A stretch of DNA of 60,775 bases from a virus. Lineage: Duplodnaviria > Caudoviricetes. A model generated the notes under the pieces. It made no database searches. It was given only the letters and a program-made list of their open reading frames with translations, and was not told where the DNA came from. Made by a program: the position numbers and the translations under genes. The stretch covers positions 1 to 60,775 of IMG/VR virus record IMGVR_UViG_3300043446_003656; one strand, 5' to 3'. This document shows, piece by piece, positions 36,336 through 45,711 of this stretch; the first letter of the stretch is position 1, and every line of letters starts with the position of its first letter.

Positions 36336-37075
36336 TGAAAGTTGCTATTTTTGGAGATTGTCATACTGCAAGAGTTTGGGAGCACCATAATTTTGATGAT
36401 AGTAAGTATACTCTCAGAATGTGGGGAAGAGCAGGAACTTGGTCATATGGCCTAGATTTAAAAGAAAAATCTTTAGAGAATATGGATAATTGCTCTCATG
36501 AGCAGGGAGATCCAAAATGTTCGCTATCTTCTGGAGTTGAAGTAGCAGGGCAAAAGATAATGTTATCTAAAATGAACGAGGGCTGGAACCCTAAAGTTTC
36601 TTTTAAAGAAGTGGAAGAATCTGATCTAATAATGCCTTGGATTGGCTACATAGATATAAGACAATACCTTCCAGTACATCAAAATGCAGATGAAGTAGCT
36701 AAAATAGTAGTTGATAAGTTTATTAAGTTTTTCCCAGATAAAAAAATTAGATTTATAGAGCCTTTACCTCAATTTACAGAAATGCTTTTAAAATATGAAG
36801 GAATACACCCTTCATATACCTATGAAGAAAGACTTGAGCAGAATAAACTATATATTGAGGGTTTAAGGAAATATTCAAAAGAGGCGGGATTTATGGAACC
36901 TGTTTCCCAACAGGATATATATCGTGTCACTGGTAGAAATGAGTTTACTACCGATATGACACATAATAGAGCTCCTCATCCTGTAGATGGACTAAAAGAT
37001 GAATATCATGCAAAAATATATGAATTATTTAGAGATGAAATAGAAAAGACTATTTCGTACTATCATCTTTCTTAG
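36332..37075 (+). CDS. SGNH-hydrolase-like protein (GDCH variant)
   Basis: AIFGDCHT..WIGYIDIRQYLP..IEPLPQF. Confidence 0.5.
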   Translation: MMKVAIFGDCHTARVWEHHNFDDSKYTLRMWGRAGTWSYGLDLKEKSLENMDNCSHEQGDPKCSLSSGVEVAGQKIMLSKMNEGWNPKVSFKEVEESDLIMPWIGYIDIRQYLPVHQNADEVAKIVVDKFIKFFPDKKIRFIEPLPQFTEMLLKYEGIHPSYTYEERLEQNKLYIEGLRKYSKEAGFMEPVSQQDIYRVTGRNEFTTDMTHNRAPHPVDGLKDEYHAKIYELFRDEIEKTISYYHLS

Positions 37076-37275
37076 TAACTAGTCTTCCTATTAAGGCATT
37101 TATGTAATTGGCAATTCTTGTACCCCGCCCTATATTTAAATTACAATCACATGATTCAGGATGCCTTACTTCCCTATTAAATGCTGGCGTAGTTAATGTT
37201 TTATGAAAATGCCTTGGCGACATAATATCTCCCTTTTTTTATAATTTTACCACAAAATGAGATATAATAATAGCT

Positions 37276-37941
37276 ATGAGCGCAATTATAATTGGCGATT
37301 GCCATACTTTAAGATTAGCAGAAAACTCAGACTTTAATGTTTGGGCAAGACATGGTTTTAAAATGATTGATTTTGTAAATTCTGAAGATATATTGAATTT
37401 AAAATCACATGTTTCTTTCATTCCAGAGGAATACCTAAATAATAAAAAAGATATCCCAGATCGTATTCCTTTTTCGGCCTCATTAAATTATGACACTATT
37501 ATTTTTTGGCTTGGTTATGTTGAGGTTAAAGAGTATCTTCCAGGACACAGCGATGAAAGAATAAATTTAGTAGTTGGAGCTTATTTGGAAAAAATAAAAA
37601 ATTTATTTCCAGATAAAAAAATAATTATAATTGAACCATTGCCTCAGTTTGAAGAATTAGTTTATGTATACCCAGTACGTCCAGATACTGAAGAAAAAGT
37701 ACTATATACGTATGCTGAAAGAGATAAAGCTTCAGATAGATTAATTAATTCTATTAAAACAATAAATACAATGAATGAAAATTTTCAAATTATTCCAAGA
37801 TGCGAGATATACAAATCTTTAAATGTATCTTCACTAAATTCAGACATGATGTACTTTGAAGAATCAGTTAATAAAAAAATAGATGCACTAAGTCCAGAAA
37901 ACTACGCAGTGATTGCATCTATGCTAAAAGAGAAGATATAG
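37276..37941 (+). CDS. SGNH-hydrolase-like paralog (GDCH variant)
   Basis: IIIGDCHT..WLGYVEVKEYLP..IEPLPQF. Confidence 0.5.
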   Translation: MSAIIIGDCHTLRLAENSDFNVWARHGFKMIDFVNSEDILNLKSHVSFIPEEYLNNKKDIPDRIPFSASLNYDTIIFWLGYVEVKEYLPGHSDERINLVVGAYLEKIKNLFPDKKIIIIEPLPQFEELVYVYPVRPDTEEKVLYTYAERDKASDRLINSIKTINTMNENFQIIPRCEIYKSLNVSSLNSDMMYFEESVNKKIDALSPENYAVIASMLKEKI

Positions 37942-37942
37942 T

Positions 37943-38257
37943 CTATTTGCCACGCTTTTGTACTTCTGCGTTGCGCAGCATTGTAACTGCGTCTATATAT
38001 GAAAGTTTATATGTTGGTTCCAGTTTCGGCTCATTTTTCGGCTCACTAATTGTTTCACGTGGAACACCATAATATAACATTAAACCAAGTGTAATAATCA
38101 TTGGGACATATATTGGAGAAATTGAAGCAATAAACCAAAGAACTGTCAAGATACTAAATTGTTTAATTCCAAATCTTGCCTTGGATGGTTTGCTTCCATA
38201 TGACAATTCATGCATAGGATGCGACATTTTTGTATCTCTTCTATTATAGTTTTCCAT
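37943..38257 (-). CDS. Membrane protein
   Basis: Two hydrophobic segments. Confidence 0.5.
   Translation of the reverse strand: MENYNRRDTKMSHPMHELSYGSKPSKARFGIKQFSILTVLWFIASISPIYVPMIITLGLMLYYGVPRETISEPKNEPKLEPTYKLSYIDAVTMLRNAEVQKRGK
38051..38066. promoter_or_regulatory. parS-like site
   Basis: TGTTTCACGTGGAACA. Confidence 0.55.
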
Positions 38258-38442
38258 TGATATTTTCCGCCCTTTACCATATCTGATATTTGTATTTTTT
38301 TACCTGATTTTGTTTTATACTTTGTTTCTGGATCCAGATGATCAAAAGAAAGAGCTGCTGGATGCTTGTTGTACCCGCAGATCTCACATCCTGCTTTAAG
38401 TTTTATCTTGTCAATCCTTTTACGGATTTCTTGCGGTGTCAT
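38146..38442 (-). CDS. HNH endonuclease-like protein
   Basis: CEICGY..FDHLDP..CRILCMNCH. Confidence 0.8.
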   Translation of the reverse strand: MTPQEIRKRIDKIKLKAGCEICGYNKHPAALSFDHLDPETKYKTKSGKKIQISDMVKGGKYQWKTIIEEIQKCRILCMNCHMEANHPRQDLELNNLVS

Positions 38443-38456
38443 ATACCGCTATTATA

Positions 38457-38645
38457 TCAATCTTCTACTTTTAAAGCAGGGTCTGGACCTAAAATTTTAC
38501 CTTCTGTATGAAATTTTTCTAACTCGTTTGCCTTATCAGGGTTTTGTAAAGCTAATAAAGTCATAAGTACATCATACACTCTTAAATTTTGTATGTAAAT
38601 TCCTGCTAATAATTCTTCTATTGCTTGTCTCTGTTCGTCGCTCAT
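38457..38645 (-). CDS. Hypothetical protein
   Basis: ORF track. Confidence 0.55.
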   Translation of the reverse strand: MSDEQRQAIEELLAGIYIQNLRVYDVLMTLLALQNPDKANELEKFHTEGKILGPDPALKVED

Positions 38646-39109
38646 TTAAAATTATCCTTACTGTGTTTATTCATAACTTGTACAAATTCTTTATTTCCAA
38701 ACCAATGTATTTTGCCATCTACTTCCCAATATAAATTAAATCTATTTAACAATGTTATTTTAATTGCATGACTTAAAACTTCTGCATCCAATCTTCCACC
38801 CGCTTCCGTAACTCTAAGATAGGGTACGCCATCTACTTCCTGCAGGCTAAAAATTGCTAGGATTTTATCTGGGCGCATTTCATCGGGGTATACATCTGGT
38901 TGCCTCAACCACTCGCATTCAAAGCCTCTACAGGGATTCTGTGGGCGATTCTCGTATTCTCCACAACCTGCACCAATTTGTAATATTGGACATGCAGATC
39001 CGCCAAGTTTAAATGTTTTGCCGTCTTGCATAACAAGATCAGTTTCTCCATGAAGATATCCTTCGCAACATTTAGTGCATTCTCCACAAGATCTAGAAAT
39101 TTTCTTTAT
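38642..39109 (-). CDS. YkgJ-like Cys-cluster (CxxCxxCC) protein; first ATG at 39031
   Basis: Open frame upstream of the ATG encodes RSCGECTKCCEG; downstream GCGEYENRP..CRGFECEWL. Confidence 0.7.
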   Translation of the reverse strand: MKKISRSCGECTKCCEGYLHGETDLVMQDGKTFKLGGSACPILQIGAGCGEYENRPQNPCRGFECEWLRQPDVYPDEMRPDKILAIFSLQEVDGVPYLRVTEAGGRLDAEVLSHAIKITLLNRFNLYWEVDGKIHWFGNKEFVQVMNKHSKDNFK

Positions 39110-39323
39110 AGTAAACCTGCTTCATCATTTTTTCATACATGTCGGAACCTGGAATTATTTTATAGTCACACATTCCATAAAAACATCGCCATTCAGTTCT
39201 TTCTTCCAGGGGATTGAAAAAAGGAACCATATATGTTAGATGATCTTTATTTATACAGAGTATTGGATCTACTCTTCCATCAAGTGACATTTGATAATAA
39301 GTTGAAAATATTCTATGTTCCAT
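39093..39323 (-). CDS. Hypothetical Cys/His protein
   Basis: ORF track. Confidence 0.55.
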   Translation of the reverse strand: MEHRIFSTYYQMSLDGRVDPILCINKDHLTYMVPFFNPLEERTEWRCFYGMCDYKIIPGSDMYEKMMKQVYYKENF

Positions 39324-39369
39324 ATTTTAAAAAGGGAGGGAACCCTTTGATCCCCTCCCTTCCTTAAAC

Positions 39370-40014
39370 TTAGCTAGTCGCCAAGCCTATCACTATTGAG
39401 TTCATTCGAGTATTAACTCTTTGAACATATTCTCTGACGCTAAGACCTCCAGCACTGTGATACCAGAGTTTCTTATTACCAGCGTAGGCTGGCATATAGT
39501 GCGCAGCGATTACTTTTTCCCAATCGCCGTATTTTTTCCAGAGATAACGGACTTCGCCTCTCATACGAGCATCTTGTACCCATTCAGGTGCAAGACAAGC
39601 CGTTTTGAAACCTTTGTAGTTATTCCATGTTATAGGCATATACTGATATGCGCCACAAGCAGATGACCATTTTGATTTAGCCGAATACCTGCCATTTGAT
39701 TCTACCTGCTTTATAGAATACATAACGATTTCAATTTTTTCTTTGAAGCTAAGTGCTTTACTCAGTTTCTTTTTGTTATTAATATTATTATTAATATTAA
39801 TATTATATAATCTAATAGATATATATTTTATATTTAAGTTATTATATATATTAGATATATTTTTATTATATATAGCTTGATTTTTATTGTCAAGTTTTAT
39901 ATTTTCTAACTCCGTTTTAGCCTGCAATGCCATAGCATGTGGAGAGCCTAATAAAGAATTAGCCATAGTTATCAATATAACTAATGTTAGATGGAATTTA
40001 GTTTTAAAGTTCAT
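39370..40014 (-). CDS. Secreted lytic transglycosylase (lysozyme-like fold)
   Basis: Signal peptide; QVESNG..ACGAYQYMPITW..VQD..AAHY; SD AGGAGGT. Confidence 0.8.
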   Translation of the reverse strand: MNFKTKFHLTLVILITMANSLLGSPHAMALQAKTELENIKLDNKNQAIYNKNISNIYNNLNIKYISIRLYNININNNINNKKKLSKALSFKEKIEIVMYSIKQVESNGRYSAKSKWSSACGAYQYMPITWNNYKGFKTACLAPEWVQDARMRGEVRYLWKKYGDWEKVIAAHYMPAYAGNKKLWYHSAGGLSVREYVQRVNTRMNSIVIGLATS

Positions 40015-40089
40015 TCCCTTACCTCCTAGTTTTACTGACAGGTAATATCAATTCTAGCATGATATAATATTTTATACAAGGAGCATTTA

Positions 40090-41133
40090 TTGAAAATATC
40101 ATTTACTGGGCCAGCTATGCGTTTTATGGATAGAAATGTTGGGTATGGCGAAGCATCACATCATATTATAAAATCATTTAAAAAACTGGGATTAGACGTA
40201 GAATTAGAAGCGAAAAAAGCAGACATAGAAATATCCTTTGCAGATCCTGGGAATTATACTTTTTATGATCCTTCTTCATATAAAATAGGATATTCTGCCT
40301 GGGAATCTTCTGAGATGTCTCAAAAATTTAAACAAAATATTGATAAGTGCGATGAATTATGGGGGACATCTTTTTGGATTTCAGATATTTATAAAAAACT
40401 ATTTCCTACAAAAAATATTTTTACTTATCAACATGGAATTAGTGAATCTTGGAAACCAAAATTAAGAAAAAATAATAGAGAACCATTTACCTTTTTACAT
40501 ATTGGAGAACCGTTTAGTAGAAAAGATGCTCAAATAGTTGTTGATTCTTTTGTTGAACTTTTTGGTCACGATCCTAGGTATAGATTAGTTTTAAAATGTC
40601 ATAAAATAAATACAACAAGAGTTAAACATCCAAGAGGGTATGATCTTTCTCCCGCAGCTTTATATGATAATATTGTTGAAATATCTGGAACATTAAGTGA
40701 AGAACAAATGATTGGCTTATATGATCAATCTGATGTTTTTGTTTATCCAAGTTGGGGAGAAGGATTTGGATTCCAACCATTGCAAGCTTTAGCAATGGGA
40801 ATGCCAGTAATTTGTGTTGATGAATGGGCAGATTATGATAAATTTATTACTTGGCCAGTTAAATCAAAATGGAAACTTAGTCCTTGGCAATCAAAACATC
40901 CAGGATATATGCTAGAGCCAGATAAAGAAAGTTTAAAAAATCAAATGTTAAAGTCAGTAGAAGAATACAATAAAGTTCTACCTGAGACTTTTAGAAATTC
41001 TTTTGATATACATAGGGAATATGATTGGATTGAAGTTACAAAACCTGCAGTAGCAAGATTAAAACAAATTTATGCAAATATATTAATAGAAAAAGAATAT
41101 TTTGATCTTGAGCGTTTAAAAAACAAAATGTGA
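40090..41133 (+). CDS. GT4-family glycosyltransferase
   Basis: WESS..RKD..DVFVYPSWGEGFGFQPLQALAMGMPVI. Confidence 0.9.
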   Translation: MKISFTGPAMRFMDRNVGYGEASHHIIKSFKKLGLDVELEAKKADIEISFADPGNYTFYDPSSYKIGYSAWESSEMSQKFKQNIDKCDELWGTSFWISDIYKKLFPTKNIFTYQHGISESWKPKLRKNNREPFTFLHIGEPFSRKDAQIVVDSFVELFGHDPRYRLVLKCHKINTTRVKHPRGYDLSPAALYDNIVEISGTLSEEQMIGLYDQSDVFVYPSWGEGFGFQPLQALAMGMPVICVDEWADYDKFITWPVKSKWKLSPWQSKHPGYMLEPDKESLKNQMLKSVEEYNKVLPETFRNSFDIHREYDWIEVTKPAVARLKQIYANILIEKEYFDLERLKNKM

Positions 41134-41179
41134 TAGAATATAAATCTTAATCAAAAAAGAAATAGAGGTCTACAAACAA

Positions 41180-43108
41180 ATGTCTGGAACTATACAAAAC
41201 CCATATGAAAATTTTATTGCACTGTCTCGTTATGCAAGATGGATTGAAAAAGAAAATCGAAGAGAAACTTGGCAAGAAACGGTAGATCGTTATTTTGATT
41301 TCATGGTTAATCATCTTAATGGGATGGGTTATTTTCCAGACAAAAAACTTGTATCTGATTTAAAAACGCAAGTATTTAATAGAAATGTGATGCCATCTAT
41401 GCGATCAGTGATGACTGCTGGACCAGCGTTAGAAAGAGATCATGTTGCAGGTTATAATTGTTCTTTTGTTCCAGTTGACAATGTAAGATCTTTTGACGAA
41501 ACAATGTATATACTTATGTGTGGTACTGGTGTAGGATTCTCTGTTGAGTATAAGTACGTTAATAAACTTCCTTCAGTCCCAGACACCTTAGAAAAAACAA
41601 CAACAGTAATTATTGTGGATGATTCTAAACAAGGTTGGGCAAAAGCGTATAGAGAATTGCTTGCCTTGTTATGGGCAGGACAAATCCCCTCAATAGATGT
41701 AAGTAAAGTTCGCCCAGCAGGAGCAAGATTAAAAACTATGGGCGGAAGATCGTCTGGCCCACAACCATTGATAAATCTTTTTGACTTTACTATAAAGATT
41801 TTTAAAAATGCTGCAGGTCGTCAACTTAAACCAATTGAAGCACATGACATAATGTGTAAGATTGGAGAAGTTGTTGTAGTCGGAGGAGTTCGTCGTTCTG
41901 CTATGATATCTCTTTCAAATATTAATGATATCGAAATGGCTCAAGCAAAAGTTGGAAATTGGTGGGAAAATAATTCACAAAGATCTCTTTCAAATAATTC
42001 CGTAGCTTACTCACGTCGTCCAGAAATGGCTCAATTTATTACAGAATGGAAAAACCTGTATGATTCAAAGTCAGGCGAACGTGGAATATACAACGTCGCA
42101 GCAGCACAAAAACAAGCATCAAGATGGGGACGTAGAGATCCAGAGATTCATTATGGAACAAACCCTTGTTCAGAAATTATACTTCGCCCATATCAATTTT
42201 GTAATCTTTCTGAAGTTGTAATTAGGCAAAATGACACAAAAGAAGATATAGCAGAAAAAGTAAAACTTGCGACAATTCTTGGAACTTGGCAATCAACACT
42301 TACAGACTTTAAATATCTTCGTAAGATTTGGAAAGACAATACAGAAGAAGAAAGACTACTTGGAGTTTCTCTTACTGGCCAATTTGGTCACAAGTTCATG
42401 TCTGGGAAAGAAAATTTAAAAGAATTAGAATCTTACTTAGAAAATCTTAGGGATTACGCCAGAGATGTAAATAAAGAAGAATCTCAAAAATTGAATATTA
42501 ATGAATCTGCAGCCATTACTTGTGTAAAACCTTCTGGTACAGTATCTCAATTAGTTGGCGTATCATCTGGAATGCATCCTTGGCATAATGATTATTATAT
42601 TCGTACTGTCCGTGGGGATAAGAAAGACCCACTATCTAAATTTTTAATGGATGCTGGGATACCTTTTGAGGATGATGTTATGAAACCAGATGCTACCACA
42701 GTATTCTCATTCCCAATGAAAGCCCCAGAAGGAGCTATATTAAGAAATGATCTTACGGCTATTGAACACTTAAATATTTGGCTTACATATCAAAGGGCTT
42801 GGTGTGAACATAAACCATCTATTACTGTTTCAGTCAAAGAAGATGAATGGATGGAAGTAGGAGCTTGGGTATGGAAGCATTTCGATGAAGTATCGGGAAT
42901 ATCTTTCTTACCTTATTCAGATCATACATATAAGCAAGCCCCATACCAAGATTGCTCTGAAGAAGAGTACCTAGAATCTTTAGCAAAAATGCCATCTGAA
43001 ATTAATTGGGACGCAATTTCACTCTATGAAACTGAAGACACAACCTCTGGGACCCAAGCTTTGGCTTGTGTGGCTGGGGAATGCGAAATTGTTGATATAA
43101 ACTCGTAG
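41180..43108 (+). CDS. nrdJ: Class II (adenosylcobalamin-dependent) ribonucleotide reductase
   Basis: YNCS, GTGVG, GGVRRSA, TNPCSE, FCNL, KPSGTVS and C-terminal CVAGEC. Confidence 0.95.
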   Translation: MSGTIQNPYENFIALSRYARWIEKENRRETWQETVDRYFDFMVNHLNGMGYFPDKKLVSDLKTQVFNRNVMPSMRSVMTAGPALERDHVAGYNCSFVPVDNVRSFDETMYILMCGTGVGFSVEYKYVNKLPSVPDTLEKTTTVIIVDDSKQGWAKAYRELLALLWAGQIPSIDVSKVRPAGARLKTMGGRSSGPQPLINLFDFTIKIFKNAAGRQLKPIEAHDIMCKIGEVVVVGGVRRSAMISLSNINDIEMAQAKVGNWWENNSQRSLSNNSVAYSRRPEMAQFITEWKNLYDSKSGERGIYNVAAAQKQASRWGRRDPEIHYGTNPCSEIILRPYQFCNLSEVVIRQNDTKEDIAEKVKLATILGTWQSTLTDFKYLRKIWKDNTEEERLLGVSLTGQFGHKFMSGKENLKELESYLENLRDYARDVNKEESQKLNINESAAITCVKPSGTVSQLVGVSSGMHPWHNDYYIRTVRGDKKDPLSKFLMDAGIPFEDDVMKPDATTVFSFPMKAPEGAILRNDLTAIEHLNIWLTYQRAWCEHKPSITVSVKEDEWMEVGAWVWKHFDEVSGISFLPYSDHTYKQAPYQDCSEEEYLESLAKMPSEINWDAISLYETEDTTSGTQALACVAGECEIVDINS

Positions 43109-43182
43109 TTGTATGTTTCTGTGGATTAATGCCACTAAATGATATAATTAAAAAATAAAATATATTTTAATTTGAGGTAGGC

Positions 43183-43527
43183 ATGCAAAGTACAAATTTT
43201 GATGTGATTCAAGGAGACACCTGGTCTATAGATATAGAATATGAAGATGCTGAGGGCAACCCAATCAACATATCTAATTATAATATCTTAGCTGAAGTAA
43301 AAGATAAGCCAGGAGGTAATCTTTTATGTGCTTCATCTCAAAGTGAAAATGGAATTGAACTTATTAATTTCCCCGAAAAAAATAATGCAATAAGAGTGAC
43401 TTTTACTCCAGAAAAAACATCTAAGTTTAATATTCCAAAATGTGCATATCAAATAAAAGTTATTGAAACAGGAGACACACTGTTGTCGGGTTGGATAAAA
43501 GTAGACCCAGGAGTTATAGATGGCTAA
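43183..43527 (+). CDS. Tail/baseplate Ig-like protein (BppU N-terminal-like)
   Basis: IQGDTW..D.EGNPINISNY..YQI..LLSG.I.V.P.V. Confidence 0.6.
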   Translation: MQSTNFDVIQGDTWSIDIEYEDAEGNPINISNYNILAEVKDKPGGNLLCASSQSENGIELINFPEKNNAIRVTFTPEKTSKFNIPKCAYQIKVIETGDTLLSGWIKVDPGVIDG

Positions 43528-43969
43528 ATCTTATTATCAAACAACAAAAGTTGTAAAAGTTACTGATGAAAAAAAGGTAGTTGTAAGATCACCAGGACTT
43601 GCTGGTCCTAAAGGTGATGCTGGTACAACAGTATTAACAGGACCAGGTATTCCATCTTCATTGGTGGGAAAAGTTGGAGATCTGTATATAGACACTAATT
43701 CTAAAATTACTTATGGCCCAAAAACTATTAACGGCTGGCCAACACAACCATTGTTTGAAATGTTTAATAGAGATTTACTTGGACAAGTATTTAATATTGG
43801 TGTCGCATCTGATACTTGGGAAATAGAACATGGACTTGGATATAATCCTAATGCAACAACCATCTCATCTGATGGAACTGTTATAGAAGGAGATATATCC
43901 TACCCTGATGAAAATACAATCGTAATACGATTCATCGGGGTTACAACTGGAAAGGCTTATCTTTCCTAG
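43520..43969 (+). CDS. Minor tail protein with short collagen-like segment
   Basis: GLAGPKGDAG; GDLYID..YGPK; WEIEHGLG. Confidence 0.65.
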   Translation: MAKSYYQTTKVVKVTDEKKVVVRSPGLAGPKGDAGTTVLTGPGIPSSLVGKVGDLYIDTNSKITYGPKTINGWPTQPLFEMFNRDLLGQVFNIGVASDTWEIEHGLGYNPNATTISSDGTVIEGDISYPDENTIVIRFIGVTTGKAYLS

Positions 43970-43990
43970 TTACGAAAGGGTGGTTAATAA

Positions 43991-45331
43991 ATGTCAAGAA
44001 AATTTCTGACCAATATTGATCTGAACACAAACGAACTGCAAAATGCAGTTGTTCAAAACCTTTCTTCTGCCCCGAATAGTGGCAATAAGGAAGGTCGTAT
44101 TTACTACGACTCTGTTACACACAAGTTAAGATACTTTGGTGCAGCAGGTGCGTGGTATGATTTAGCTGCAGGTGGTACGGCTGCCTCTACTGTCACTTTG
44201 ACAGGAGACGTAACTGGCACTGCTTATGTAAATCCCGCTACTGGGATTATAACTTTATCAACTACAATCGAGCATGATTATGTTGATTCAATTAGTGGCA
44301 CAGCTAATCAAATTGTCGTATCTGGTTCTGGTGGAGCAGGCTCTACACCAACAATCAGTTTATCTGATGATGTAAATATCACTAGTTCATTAAATGTAGC
44401 AAATGGTAAATTTACAGTAGATTCAAACGGCAATGCTTATGCTAATGGAACATTAGAGGTTGATGGTTCAACAACTTTACAGTCTGACTTAACAGTTAAT
44501 GGAAATTCCACATTAAATGGAACATTACAAGTTAATAACTCTGCAAACATCACTGGCGATGTTGAAATTGGTGGAACATTAACAATTGATGGAAATATCC
44601 AACTTTCAGGTATTGAATTTGTAAGTAATCTTGGTAATTCTATACAGGAAACTGGATCTAATCTTGTAATTACAGCAGGAAATGGAAACATTGTCCTAAA
44701 TCCAGACGGATCGCTTGTTGTCAATTCTGACATGTCTGCAAATGCAGTACATACACAAACAGTAGTTAACAATGACGGATCTCTGGCAGTACAATCTGAT
44801 ACATCTGTAGATATTTCTGCTCCAGCAGTAAGTATTACAGGTCCATTAAATGTAAACGATAATACTACATTTCAAAATAATGTAACAATCGAAGGTAATC
44901 TAGAAGTATTAGGAACACTTAATGCTATTAATAGAGAAACCCTTGATGTTGCAGACAATGAGATTACATTAAATTCAAATTGGACTGGTGCTCCAACTCA
45001 AGATGCTGCAATTAAAGTTACTCGTGGTACTGCAAACGATGTTGCTCTTTTATGGAGTGAATCTAATGATCAGTGGCAATTAACAAATGATGGAACAAAC
45101 TATCATTCAATTGCACGTAAATACGTTGAGGTAATTGGAGATGATTCAAATCGTCAATTCCAAATTACACATAATTTAAATACTTATGATGTAACAATTC
45201 AGGTTTATGAAAATAATCCTAATCGTGAGCTAGTAGAAACAGATATAAATATTGTTGATGCAAACAATATTATTGTTGGATTTACAGTAGCTCCTTCAAC
45301 AAACGCATATAGAGTAGTCGTAGTAGGCTAA
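43991..45331 (+). CDS. Tail fibre/spike protein
   Basis: Beta-repeat segments (LTVNGN); C-terminal ITHNLNT.DV..YRVVVVG. Confidence 0.7.
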   Translation: MSRKFLTNIDLNTNELQNAVVQNLSSAPNSGNKEGRIYYDSVTHKLRYFGAAGAWYDLAAGGTAASTVTLTGDVTGTAYVNPATGIITLSTTIEHDYVDSISGTANQIVVSGSGGAGSTPTISLSDDVNITSSLNVANGKFTVDSNGNAYANGTLEVDGSTTLQSDLTVNGNSTLNGTLQVNNSANITGDVEIGGTLTIDGNIQLSGIEFVSNLGNSIQETGSNLVITAGNGNIVLNPDGSLVVNSDMSANAVHTQTVVNNDGSLAVQSDTSVDISAPAVSITGPLNVNDNTTFQNNVTIEGNLEVLGTLNAINRETLDVADNEITLNSNWTGAPTQDAAIKVTRGTANDVALLWSESNDQWQLTNDGTNYHSIARKYVEVIGDDSNRQFQITHNLNTYDVTIQVYENNPNRELVETDINIVDANNIIVGFTVAPSTNAYRVVVVG

Positions 45332-45348
45332 AAGGTAAAGGGGTCGGA

Positions 45349-45711
45349 ATGTCTAAAAAAATATTAGTTCCATTTAAGTTACTAACACTAGCTTCCGACC
45401 CTTTATCTGGTAACGAAGGCGAAGTTTATTTTAATACAACTGATAAAAGTATTAGAATCCATAACGGTGAATTTTGGATAACAATAGTTAAGAGTGATGA
45501 TCCAACTCCATTTTATCAACATACACATACTTATGATGGTGATGTACATACAATTGATTTACAAAATAAAATTGATTTTAAAACTTTATCAGGTGGTTCT
45601 GTAATTCAAGATTTACCTGTTATAATAGGTGTTGATGGTGGAAATCCAAATTCAGCAATAGATCCATCTTCATTTTCGGTGCTGGACGACGGAGAAATAA
45701 ATGGCAACTGA
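45349..45711 (+). CDS. Minor tail protein
   Basis: EGEVYFNT; DGG motif. Confidence 0.55.
   Translation: MSKKILVPFKLLTLASDPLSGNEGEVYFNTTDKSIRIHNGEFWITIVKSDDPTPFYQHTHTYDGDVHTIDLQNKIDFKTLSGGSVIQDLPVIIGVDGGNPNSAIDPSSFSVLDDGEINGN

Noticed and set aside
41180-43108. Intein or intron in the RNR
   Set aside because: Compact uninterrupted 642-aa ORF with no Hint motifs.
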